NCBI GenBank assembly: GCA_017381865.1
Contig: JAFOBJ010000085.1
Coordinates: 5,613-69,612 of the forward strand
DNA from: Bacteroidales bacterium
Lineage (GTDB): Bacteria; Bacteroidota; Bacteroidia; Bacteroidales; F082
Length of the DNA stretch: 64,000 nt
Direction: 5' to 3'
Shown: positions 53,222 through 61,674 of the stretch, one piece after another
Numbering within the stretch: position 1 is the first letter of the stretch
Layout: each line of letters starts with the position of its first letter
Notes under the pieces: model-generated
Told to the model about the DNA's origin: nothing
Databases searched by the model: none
Seen by the model: only the letters and a program-made list of their open reading frames with translations
Program-made: the position numbers and the translations under genes

Positions 53222-53743
53222 TTATCCTCTATCAAAGAAAATGCTCTTTCTGCTTACGGAAAGTGGCAATGCAAGAACCATGCTGCATTCTGGCAATAAG
53301 TTGAGAGCCAGTACAGCTTGACCTACGGAGAACATGATGCGGCTGTCGATTCTGAAGTCGGCGGCTAATGATGCAGCAGAGCCGATTGCTATTCCGAGGT
53401 CGTTGGCGTTGAAGAAACAAGGCACGTTTTTAGGTTTGTCGCCACACGCTTTGAAACCGCATGCGCCACAGTTCAAGCCGAGCGGACTTATTTTCATTCC
53501 GAATAAAATGACAGCGTCGCAGTTCAAGATGTTTTCTGCATCGCGGTTGAGGAATGCCATGTCGCGTTCGGCGGCGAGTTGTTTCATTTTTTCAGCGATT
53601 TTCACGATGGTGTCGTCGGTTGCGACGGCGAGCACGAGATTGTCGATGCCTCTTGCCTTCGGTGCGGTGCGAGCAGCACACATTAATTTATTAGCGATGT
53701 CTTTGATATTTTCGTTACGGATTTGTTCTTCAAAAGTTATCAT
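53222..53743 (-). CDS. DUF2148-like protein (ferredoxin-domain-containing, COG4739-like)
   Basis: 173 aa with a CGACGFKACG motif. Minus-strand -7 box TAATTTTG (CAAAATTA at 53775-53782). Confidence 0.5.
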   Translation of the reverse strand: MITFEEQIRNENIKDIANKLMCAARTAPKARGIDNLVLAVATDDTIVKIAEKMKQLAAERDMAFLNRDAENILNCDAVILFGMKISPLGLNCGACGFKACGDKPKNVPCFFNANDLGIAIGSAASLAADFRIDSRIMFSVGQAVLALNLLPECSMVLALPLSVSRKSIFFDRG

Positions 53744-53837
53744 GATGATTTGTTTTTAATGTTTAATGAAAGACAAAATTAAGGAAAAAATGTTTAGAAA
53801 AAATTATCAACAAAACATATTTAAATATAAAAAATAG

Positions 53838-53845
53838 TATCTTTG
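53838..53845 (+). promoter_or_regulatory. -7 promoter box TATCTTTG upstream of the Fic gene
   Basis: Matches TAnnTTTG. Followed by the hairpin GGTGGCTGTACAGCCACC at 53856-53873. Confidence 0.45.
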
Positions 53846-53908
53846 TAGGTGAATTGGTGGCTGTACAGCCACCTTTTAAGCAAATTATAATCTTAAATCA
53901 AAAAAATT

Positions 53909-54985
53909 ATGAAGTACTTAACTTTAGAAAAAGCCATTGGGGCTTGGAAAAAAATTCAGCCGTTATCAGAAAACGACAGACAAAAATTAAGTCGTAGATT
54001 TACCGTTGATTTTAACTATAACTCTAACCATATTGAAGGTAATACATTGACGTATGGTCAAACTGAAATTTTGTTGCTTTTTGGAAAGGTTATAGGAGAA
54101 GCTGACATTAAAGATGTGCAGGACATGGCTGCAAGTAATGTTGCATTAAAAATGATGAATGAAGAGTCTTTAATACAAAATTCATCTCTCACTCAAAATT
54201 TCATTCGTACATTACATAAAATCATGTTGCGTGAAGATTACACTGTACATAAAAATCTTCCTGGAGGTTTTACCACAAGCTATGTGATTCATGCAGGTCA
54301 ATACAAAACACGTCCGAATAGTGTCATCACACGTTATGGTGACCGTTTTGATTATGCATCTCCAGAAGAAACACCAGCATTGATGACAGACCTTGTTGAT
54401 TGGTATAATCAAGCTGAAAAAGAAGGAAAGCTTTCTCCGGTTGAATTAGCAGCTTTATTTCATTATCGTTATATAAGGATTCACCCTTTTGAAGATGGAA
54501 ATGGACGTATCGCTCGTTTGCTTGTTAATTACATACTATCAAAGCATGGCTATCCGATGATAGTTGTTAGAAGTCGTAACAAGTGGGAATATCTTGAGGC
54601 TTTGCATCAAACAGATTTGCAGGTTGGCTTAGGCCCGAATGTAGGAGCGCAAGCTTCACTTCAATCAATAAAACCATTTATGCAATATTTTACGGGATTG
54701 GTGGCTCGAGAGATTTACAACGATGTTTGTTTTTTAACAGAACAAGACGAACTTCTTTGGTGGTATGATGGCGAGAAGGTGGAGTTTCGTTCGGCAAATT
54801 ATACTAAGATATTAAAACTAATGATGTCGGAACCAGTTGTTACACTTGATTACATTCAAAAAGAATTAGGTGTCAATATGTCGGCAGTAAAAAAATTGGT
54901 CAATCATTTAATGAAAAATAATTATATCGAGCGAGGAGAAAAAGAAGGCTCCTGGCGTGTCTTTATAACTCCTTCTATTTACTAA
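53909..54985 (+). CDS. Fic family protein (class II, intramolecular inhibitory helix) with C-terminal wHTH-like region
   Basis: Fic motif HPFEDGNGRIARLL. Upstream SNHIEG matches the inhibitory [S/T]xxxE[G/N] motif. Confidence 0.88.
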   Translation: MKYLTLEKAIGAWKKIQPLSENDRQKLSRRFTVDFNYNSNHIEGNTLTYGQTEILLLFGKVIGEADIKDVQDMAASNVALKMMNEESLIQNSSLTQNFIRTLHKIMLREDYTVHKNLPGGFTTSYVIHAGQYKTRPNSVITRYGDRFDYASPEETPALMTDLVDWYNQAEKEGKLSPVELAALFHYRYIRIHPFEDGNGRIARLLVNYILSKHGYPMIVVRSRNKWEYLEALHQTDLQVGLGPNVGAQASLQSIKPFMQYFTGLVAREIYNDVCFLTEQDELLWWYDGEKVEFRSANYTKILKLMMSEPVVTLDYIQKELGVNMSAVKKLVNHLMKNNYIERGEKEGSWRVFITPSIY

Positions 54986-54996
54986 CAATATATAAT

Positions 54997-57366
54997 ATGA
55001 ATAAAATCACAATTACTACAAAGCACTTTTTAATTCTATGTTTGTTCTTTATTTTTAATCTGAATGTCTTTGCGCAGAATAATATCTCATCGATTAAAGG
55101 TAAAGTCATTGATGAGAATGAAGCTCCTCTTCCTTATGTTTCTGTCGCTGTTTATCATGATGATAAAATAATAACAGGAACCATTACCAATGACGAAGGT
55201 ATTTTCACATTGAAAGTTCAGCAGTCTGAAGAAGAACTGCGTCTCACTTTTGATTTCATAGGTTATGTAAAAGAAGAGATAAAAATAATTCCAAACAAAG
55301 CTAAGATTGAAGTTAATGATGTCGTTTTGAAAGAGAATGTAGTAATGCTCGATGATGTTGTAGTCAGTTCTACAGCTGTCTCGCATAAATCGACGGTAGA
55401 ACATACAAGCATCAATGCGTCAGCTAATATTGCTTCTTCAAAAGGCAGCGCTCTTGATATACTCAGCGCTTCTTCTTCCGTGTCAATACAAAATGAAGAA
55501 ATTTCAATTCGTGGCAACAAAAACATCCTCGTCCTTATGGATGGCGTTCCTACAACAATAACAGATTTGTCAACAATACCGGCAGCTAATATTAAAAGCA
55601 TCGATGTCATTACCAATCCCGATGCGTCTTACGATTCTGAAGGAACAGGTGGAATCATCAATATCATCATGAAGAAAGAGAGTGCAAAAGGATTCAGCGG
55701 AGTGCTTGCTTCTAACTACGGATTCAACCATTTTGTGACGGGCAACGCTGGTTTTTCATATAATAGCAAAAAGGCTTCTTATCGTTTCAATTACAATACA
55801 AAATACGAAGACGACATCATAAACAGTTCGCTCACTCGTCTTATGAAAGAGTCGGGAAGTCTCATAAAACAGCAGATGATTTCTGACAGATATACATTCA
55901 ATAATAATGTAAGTCTCGGCGCTGATTTCAGAATCAACAAGAAAAACACTCTGATAGTCGATTTGAAATATATGTCGCCAAAATTGAATGTGAAACAGGA
56001 TTTACATAACATCATCGAGAATGGCAATATTATCAATGAAGAAAACCGTCATAACGATATGACATGGAACAGAGATAATATTGAAGCAGTTGTGATGTAT
56101 CGTCATATCATAAAACCAGAAATTTCTGATATTTCTTTCAGAGGTTCTGTGTCGAAGATTTGGGGAAAGAGACCTTCATATTATTATGTAGGTGGCGAGC
56201 TTTTAAATTATTCCAACTCAGGAGGCAGTCCTTTCATATCCAACTTTCAGACCGATTATAAACAAAAGTTAAACAAAGGAACCTTGAGTGCAGGAACCAA
56301 AGTGACATATCGCAGCAACGACATCTACCACGAATTCTATTCATGGGAAAATGAAGATTGGATTTATTCGCAATCCTTCAGCAATGATCTTTTACATACG
56401 GAATTGATACCAGCGGCATACGTGATGTTTTCTTCAAAAAATATAGGAAAATTCAACTTTAAATTAGGTTTGAGAGGTGAGTATAGCATAGTAACATTAG
56501 ATAGCAAACACGAAAATATTGATACTAGAAATGAAGATATTTTCATTGCGCCGAGTTTTTCTGGTACATATAAAGTATCCGACAAACAAGATTTGTCGCT
56601 TGCTTTCTCTCGCAGAATAGGACGTCCTACTTATCCACAGCTAAATCCTTATATGAGCATGGTCGATGCCATGACATACGAACAAGGCAATATGAATCTG
56701 CATCCGGAGAAGACATCTAAACTCGATTTGACATATAACATAAAAGGTGATAAATTCAATCTTTTTGCTGACGCTTATTTCAACTACACCACCGATTATA
56801 TTTCACAAGTCACAGAGATCGTTGATAGTCTGTTAATCACGACTTACATCAATGCTACTTACGATATGAAGAGCGGTCTTGATTTATCATTGAAGATTTT
56901 TCCTTTGGAATGGATGACAGCTACATTGAGTGCCAACACTTTCTATGTTATGACTAAAGGCGTTTTTGACGGAGCCGACATCGACAATGAAGGCTGGTCG
57001 AACAATTCCAATATCATGCTCGATTTTATTCCAAGAAAGACTACAAGCCTGCAGCTGCAATATTTCATCATGACTCCGCAATATTATCCGCAGCTCACCA
57101 CTTCTTTCACACATAAGATGAATGTGGGTGTCAAGCAGAAACTTATGAAAGGAGCCTTGACATTATCGCTGCTTGTCACCGATGTCTTCAACACTTACGA
57201 ATGGGAAGTTCATTCATACAACAGGATTTATGACCTCGCTAATATCAGCAAGCAGAAAAGCAGAATGTTGTGGATTGGAATTTCATATAACTTCAATTCA
57301 TACAAACAGAACAAAGTCGATAAGGCAGGAGAACTGGATAGAAACTTGATAAAGTTTGGATTGTAA
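54997..57366 (+). CDS. Outer-membrane beta-barrel receptor-like protein (CarboxypepD_reg N-domain plus plug plus barrel)
   Basis: Signal peptide. IKGKVIDENEAPLPYVSVAV carboxypeptidase-regulatory-like domain, plug-like region, long beta-strand-rich C-terminus. Confidence 0.7.
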   Translation: MNKITITTKHFLILCLFFIFNLNVFAQNNISSIKGKVIDENEAPLPYVSVAVYHDDKIITGTITNDEGIFTLKVQQSEEELRLTFDFIGYVKEEIKIIPNKAKIEVNDVVLKENVVMLDDVVVSSTAVSHKSTVEHTSINASANIASSKGSALDILSASSSVSIQNEEISIRGNKNILVLMDGVPTTITDLSTIPAANIKSIDVITNPDASYDSEGTGGIINIIMKKESAKGFSGVLASNYGFNHFVTGNAGFSYNSKKASYRFNYNTKYEDDIINSSLTRLMKESGSLIKQQMISDRYTFNNNVSLGADFRINKKNTLIVDLKYMSPKLNVKQDLHNIIENGNIINEENRHNDMTWNRDNIEAVVMYRHIIKPEISDISFRGSVSKIWGKRPSYYYVGGELLNYSNSGGSPFISNFQTDYKQKLNKGTLSAGTKVTYRSNDIYHEFYSWENEDWIYSQSFSNDLLHTELIPAAYVMFSSKNIGKFNFKLGLRGEYSIVTLDSKHENIDTRNEDIFIAPSFSGTYKVSDKQDLSLAFSRRIGRPTYPQLNPYMSMVDAMTYEQGNMNLHPEKTSKLDLTYNIKGDKFNLFADAYFNYTTDYISQVTEIVDSLLITTYINATYDMKSGLDLSLKIFPLEWMTATLSANTFYVMTKGVFDGADIDNEGWSNNSNIMLDFIPRKTTSLQLQYFIMTPQYYPQLTTSFTHKMNVGVKQKLMKGALTLSLLVTDVFNTYEWEVHSYNRIYDLANISKQKSRMLWIGISYNFNSYKQNKVDKAGELDRNLIKFGL

Positions 57367-57406
57367 GAAGACAATTCTTATTAACATTTCTCAGAAAAAT
57401 ATTTAT

Positions 57407-57414
57407 TATCTTTG
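57407..57414 (+). promoter_or_regulatory. -7 promoter box TATCTTTG upstream of metG
   Basis: Matches TAnnTTTG, 34 nt before ATG 57448. Confidence 0.5.
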
Positions 57415-57447
57415 CACCTTAATTAATATATTATAAAACTACAGACA

Positions 57448-59508
57448 ATGGAAAATAACGACAAACATTTCAAACGTTACACGGTAACGACAGCATTACC
57501 TTACGCTAATGGTCCAGTGCATATCGGTCACTTGGCAGGCGTTTATATCCCAGCAGATACTTACGTCCGTTACCTCCGAATGAAGGGTGAAGAGGTTTTG
57601 TTTGTCGGCGGCTCAGATGAACACGGCGTGCCTATCACTATCAAAGCTGAAAAAGAAGGCTGCACTCCTCAAGATATCGTCGATAGATACCATAATATAA
57701 TCAAAGACTCTTTCGAAAAATTGGGCATCAGCTACGACATTTATTCTCGTACAAGCTCAAAGACTCACCATGAGACAGCAGCTGCTTTCTTCAAGAAACT
57801 CTACGAAGAAGGCAAATTCATCGAAAGAGAATCAGAACAATTCTTCGACCCTGAACGTAACAAATTCTTATCAGACCGTTACATCATCGGTACTTGTCCT
57901 AAATGCGGCAACGACCATGCTTATGGCGACCAATGCGAGAAATGCGGTTCTTCAATGAGCCCTGATGAACTCATCAATCCTCACTCAGCTCTCAGCGGCG
58001 CACAACTCGTTAAGAAAGCTACAAAACACTGGTATCTTCCTTTAGACCAATACGAACAATGGCTCCGCGAATGGATTATTGAAGGTCATAAAGAATGGAA
58101 ACCTAATGTTTATGGTCAAGTCAAGAGCTGGCTCGACAATGGTCTCCAGCCACGCGCTGTTACCCGCGACCTCGACTGGGGCGTGCCTGTCCCTGTTGAA
58201 GAAGCCGACGGTAAAGTGCTTTACGTCTGGTTCGACGCTCCTATCGGTTACATCTCTAACACAATAGAACACTGCGCTGAAAATGGTACAGACTGGAAAA
58301 AATGGTGGAAAGACGAAGAAACAAAACTCGTTCACTTCATCGGTAAAGACAACATCGTTTTCCACTGCATCATCTTCCCTTGCATGTTGAAAGCTTACGG
58401 TGATTATATCGTTCCAGAAAACGTTCCTGCAAACGAATTCCTCAACCTCGAAAACGACAAGATTTCAACATCTCGTAACTGGGCTGTTTGGTTGCATGAA
58501 TATCTTGAAGAATTCCCTGGAAAACAAGACGTCCTTCGTTATGTTTTGACAGCTAACGCTCCTGAAACAAAAGACAATAACTTCACTTGGAAAGATTATC
58601 AAGATAGAAATAACAACGAATTGCTCGCTATCTTCGGCAACTTCGTAAACCGTACTTTGGTTCTTACACATAAATATTTCGAAGGTAAGGTTCCAGCTAT
58701 GATTAACCTTAACGAAAAAGACGAAGCCGCTATCGAAGAAATGAATCAATATCCTGATAAGATTGCTAACCTTCTTGACACTTATAAATTCCGTGAAGCA
58801 TTGTCAGAATTGATGAACCTTGCTCGTCTCGGTAACCGTTACCTTACAGAAAACGAACCTTGGAAACAATTCAAGACAGATCCTGAAAGAGTCAAGACAG
58901 TTCTCGCAGTTTCATTGCAAATCGTCGCTAAACTCGCTATCTTGTCAGAACCATTCTTGCCATTCTCAGCTAAGAAATTACAATCAATGATTGGCTTGGA
59001 AGTAAGCGGCTGGAATCAAGCTAAGGAAACAGTTTTATTGAACGAAAACGCTACTATCGGCGAAGTTGAATTGTTATTCACAAAAGTTGAAGACGAGACA
59101 GTGGTAGCACAAGTCAATAAATTGGAAGAGACAAAGAAACAAAACGAACTCAACGCATGGGCTCCAAATCCAATCAAACCTAACACCAACATCGATGAAT
59201 TTGGCAAGATGGATATCAGAGTCGGTACTGTTTTAGAATGCGTTAAAGTTCCAAAAGCAGACAAGTTATTACAATTCTTGATTGACGACGGTATGAACAA
59301 ACGTACTATCGTTTCAGGAATCGCTAAATATTATCCAAATCCTGAAGAATTAGTCGGCAAGCAAGTATGCTTCATCGCTAACTTCGAGCCTCGTAAGTTG
59401 AAAGGCATCGTCAGCGAAGGCATGATTTTATCAGCTGAAGACAAAGACGGAAGATTGGTTGTCATGTCACCAAGTCAGCCTGTTGCTCCAGGAAGTTCAG
59501 TAGGATAA
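57448..59508 (+). CDS. metG: Methionine--tRNA ligase (with C-terminal tRNA-binding domain)
   Basis: [11 protein letters not shown] (HIGH), KISTSRN (KMSKS-like), CPKCG...CEKCG zinc knuckles, and a C-terminal EMAP/Trbp111-like domain. Confidence 0.96.
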   Translation: MENNDKHFKRYTVTTALPYANGPVHIGHLAGVYIPADTYVRYLRMKGEEVLFVGGSDEHGVPITIKAEKEGCTPQDIVDRYHNIIKDSFEKLGISYDIYSRTSSKTHHETAAAFFKKLYEEGKFIERESEQFFDPERNKFLSDRYIIGTCPKCGNDHAYGDQCEKCGSSMSPDELINPHSALSGAQLVKKATKHWYLPLDQYEQWLREWIIEGHKEWKPNVYGQVKSWLDNGLQPRAVTRDLDWGVPVPVEEADGKVLYVWFDAPIGYISNTIEHCAENGTDWKKWWKDEETKLVHFIGKDNIVFHCIIFPCMLKAYGDYIVPENVPANEFLNLENDKISTSRNWAVWLHEYLEEFPGKQDVLRYVLTANAPETKDNNFTWKDYQDRNNNELLAIFGNFVNRTLVLTHKYFEGKVPAMINLNEKDEAAIEEMNQYPDKIANLLDTYKFREALSELMNLARLGNRYLTENEPWKQFKTDPERVKTVLAVSLQIVAKLAILSEPFLPFSAKKLQSMIGLEVSGWNQAKETVLLNENATIGEVELLFTKVEDETVVAQVNKLEETKKQNELNAWAPNPIKPNTNIDEFGKMDIRVGTVLECVKVPKADKLLQFLIDDGMNKRTIVSGIAKYYPNPEELVGKQVCFIANFEPRKLKGIVSEGMILSAEDKDGRLVVMSPSQPVAPGSSVG

Positions 59509-59529
59509 TTGACCAAAGTCTATTTAAGA

Positions 59530-59569
59530 GAAGGATAGAATGCATCTTCAATGTGTTCTATCCTTTTTT
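59530..59569 (+). repeat. 40-bp direct repeat copy A (also the metG terminator hairpin and a relic yraN 3' end)
   Basis: GAAGGATAGAATGCATCTTCAATGTGTTCTATCCTTTTTT is identical to 60550-60589. AAGGATAGAA / TTCTATCCTT stem plus a T run. Confidence 0.95.
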
Positions 59570-60521
59570 ATTTTAATGTCAAAATAGGATTGTTTAATAA
59601 AGTATCTATTATTTGATGGTAAACGTGATTTTCATTAACTTTAGAAATGCTCATAATTTTATTGCCAGCATCTTTTGAAGAAGCACCGCAATGGTATATT
59701 TGTTCATTTTTATCATTATAATCAAGAACAATATATCTATCATGAAAAATACCACAAGTTTTGCGAAAGGTAATAGATATTTTAGGATATTGCTTGCAAA
59801 AATCTATAAATTCTTTTTGATGTAAACCATAACTGATATTATCACTAAAGATAGTAATAGTAATGTTTGGATTTACATTTTTTAGCATCACGAGAGTTTT
59901 TAATCCTATGTAATTATCTATCACATATATTTTATTTTTGGCAGTTTTATATATACTATCATAAGCTAAGTTTGCTTCAACTGTTTCCCCATTCAAAATC
60001 AGATATTCTTTTTTAATGTGAATATCTGTAAAATCTTTAATTATTTTCAACACATCATCTTTATTAATCATTGTGTTTTTTATGTGTGCAATATCAGATG
60101 TATTTTGAGATGTTTGAATTGCTATTTGAAGTAACTCCCTGTTTTCAATAAAATTATTGTTTCCTATTATAAAATCTTTCATTTCCTTGAAAGCCTTAAT
60201 TAGAATTTTACTTTGTTTTATAGCGAGTTCTCCTTTTAAAACAGTCATAAGCATATAAACACCTTGTTCTGTAAATGCGAAAGGTAACTTTCTGGTTCCT
60301 CCCCAGTTTGATGTCAAATTTTTTGACATCAAGATTTTTTCATATTCTTCTTTTGTAAGTTGGAAACGAAAGTCTTCATCAAATTTTTCAATATTGTTTT
60401 TTACCTGCTGGTTAAAACTTCTTGTTTGATAACCATATATTTTTGCGAGATCAGAATCGAGCATTACTTTTATACCTCGAATAGTATAAATAAGATTTTT
60501 AATATCAAGTACTATTTCCAT
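59568..60521 (-). CDS. ORF6N (KilA-N-related) DNA-binding domain protein with PLD-like C-terminal region
   Basis: N-terminus IRGIKVMLDSDLAKIYGYQTRSFNQQVKNNIEKFDEDFRFQLT...NWGGTRKLPFAFTEQGVYMLMTVL is ORF6N-like. The C-terminus has FHDRYIVLD...CGASSKDAGNK (HxRx4D...GxSxK). Confidence 0.7.
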   Translation of the reverse strand: MEIVLDIKNLIYTIRGIKVMLDSDLAKIYGYQTRSFNQQVKNNIEKFDEDFRFQLTKEEYEKILMSKNLTSNWGGTRKLPFAFTEQGVYMLMTVLKGELAIKQSKILIKAFKEMKDFIIGNNNFIENRELLQIAIQTSQNTSDIAHIKNTMINKDDVLKIIKDFTDIHIKKEYLILNGETVEANLAYDSIYKTAKNKIYVIDNYIGLKTLVMLKNVNPNITITIFSDNISYGLHQKEFIDFCKQYPKISITFRKTCGIFHDRYIVLDYNDKNEQIYHCGASSKDAGNKIMSISKVNENHVYHQIIDTLLNNPILTLK

Positions 60522-60530
60522 AACAATTTC

Positions 60531-60908
60531 TTATTTATAACTTCTGACTGAAGGATAGAATGCATCTTCAATGTGTTCTATCCTTTTTTCGTTGTTTTTG
60601 TCGATGACGATAGCGATGATATCGAATCGAACGTCGTTGTCGTATTGATAACGATTGACGAAAGAATTTGCAGCCCAGATGAGATGTCGCTGCTTATAAA
60701 CATCGACAGTCGCTTCCGGTTCGACGAGGCAGGTGCTGTGACGTGTCTTCACTTCGACAAAGACGATAGTGTCGCCGTCTTTTGCGATGATGTCGACTTC
60801 TTTGTGTCCGCACACCCAATTCTTTTCTAAAATCTGATACTTACGCTCGAGAAGATACTCCAGAGCGATTTGTTCGCCTAAGGCGCCAATTTCATTGTGA
60901 GTTGCCAT
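60531..60908 (-). CDS. yraN: YraN family (UPF0102) endonuclease-like protein
   Basis: 125 aa. GEQIALEYL, EVDIIA and VFVEVKTR motifs of the PD-(D/E)xK YraN family. Confidence 0.85.
   Translation of the reverse strand: MATHNEIGALGEQIALEYLLERKYQILEKNWVCGHKEVDIIAKDGDTIVFVEVKTRHSTCLVEPEATVDVYKQRHLIWAANSFVNRYQYDNDVRFDIIAIVIDKNNEKRIEHIEDAFYPSVRSYK
60550..60589 (+). repeat. 40-bp direct repeat copy B (inside the yraN 3' coding end)
   Basis: Identical to 59530-59569. Encodes KRIEHIEDAFYPS of YraN on the minus strand. Confidence 0.95.
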
Positions 60909-60931
60909 AAATTTTGTTTGGTTTAAAGTTC

Positions 60932-61504
60932 TTAGCTCTTAGTTCTACGTTCAACAAGTTCGCATATAATGTGTCCTATCATGATGTGGCTTTCTTGTAT
61001 GCGAGGCGTGTCGGTAGATGGTACATTAATTAATATGCCGCCGAAGTCTTTCATCGCGCCGCCTGTTGCGCCTGTGAGAGAAATGATTTTTATATCTTTT
61101 TCTTTACATACTTTATATGCTTCAATTATGTTACGGCTATTGCCGCTTGTCGAGATTCCCACGAGCACATCGCCTTTTCTTCCCGATGCTGTGAGAAGTC
61201 TGCTATACACGAAGTCGTAGCCGTAGTCGTTGCTGACTGCCGTCATATAAGAGGTGTTGCAATGCAGAGCTTCTGCGTTGAGAGGCTGACGATCCAGATA
61301 AAAGCGTCCGCTGAGTTCCGAGGCGAGATGCTGTGCGTCGGCAGCGCTACCTCCATTGCCGCAGAAATGAATCTTGCCGCCATTACGCAGACTTTCTACA
61401 ATGACATCAACCGCAGCTTCAATGGATTGCAACAAATTCTCATCAGATAAAATCTTGCTTTTTACCTCGATGCTTTGCTCAATAGACTCTTTTATTCTGT
61501 TCAT
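60932..61504 (-). CDS. gmhA: Phosphoheptose isomerase (SIS domain; GmhA/DiaA family)
   Basis: GNGGSAADAQHLASEL and ISTSGNS motifs; 190 aa. Minus-strand -7 box TAACTTTG (61525-61532). Confidence 0.8.
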   Translation of the reverse strand: MNRIKESIEQSIEVKSKILSDENLLQSIEAAVDVIVESLRNGGKIHFCGNGGSAADAQHLASELSGRFYLDRQPLNAEALHCNTSYMTAVSNDYGYDFVYSRLLTASGRKGDVLVGISTSGNSRNIIEAYKVCKEKDIKIISLTGATGGAMKDFGGILINVPSTDTPRIQESHIMIGHIICELVERRTKS

Positions 61505-61580
61505 AACTTAATTTTTGCTTATTGCAAAGTTACAGATAATTTGTTGAAATAGGGGAGGATTTTACAGGATTTTTTTAGTA

Positions 61581-61628
61581 TTCCTATTTCCTCAATTCCT
61601 TAAATCCTCAAATCCTCAATTCCTAAAA
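61581..61628 (+). repeat. 8-nt-period G-free array (TTCCTATT TCCTCAAT TCCTTAAA TCCTCAAA TCCTCAAT TCCTAAAA)
   Basis: Read directly. The same word family recurs at 63965-64000. Confidence 0.9.
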
Positions 61629-61634
61629 TTTCAC

Positions 61635-61642
61635 TATCTTTG
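61635..61642 (+). promoter_or_regulatory. -7 promoter box TATCTTTG upstream of the S46 peptidase gene
   Basis: Matches TAnnTTTG, 33 nt before ATG 61675. Confidence 0.5.
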
Positions 61643-61674
61643 CACAAATTGAAATCAATCAAAATTTTATCAAT

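Larger units (their letters stand above)
59530..60589. mobile_element. About 1-kb single-gene insertion bounded by perfect 40-bp direct repeats (integrated element or remnant)
   Basis: The repeats are spaced exactly 1020 bp. The insert is visibly more AT-rich than metG and yraN and carries only the ORF6N gene, with no recombinase. Confidence 0.5.
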
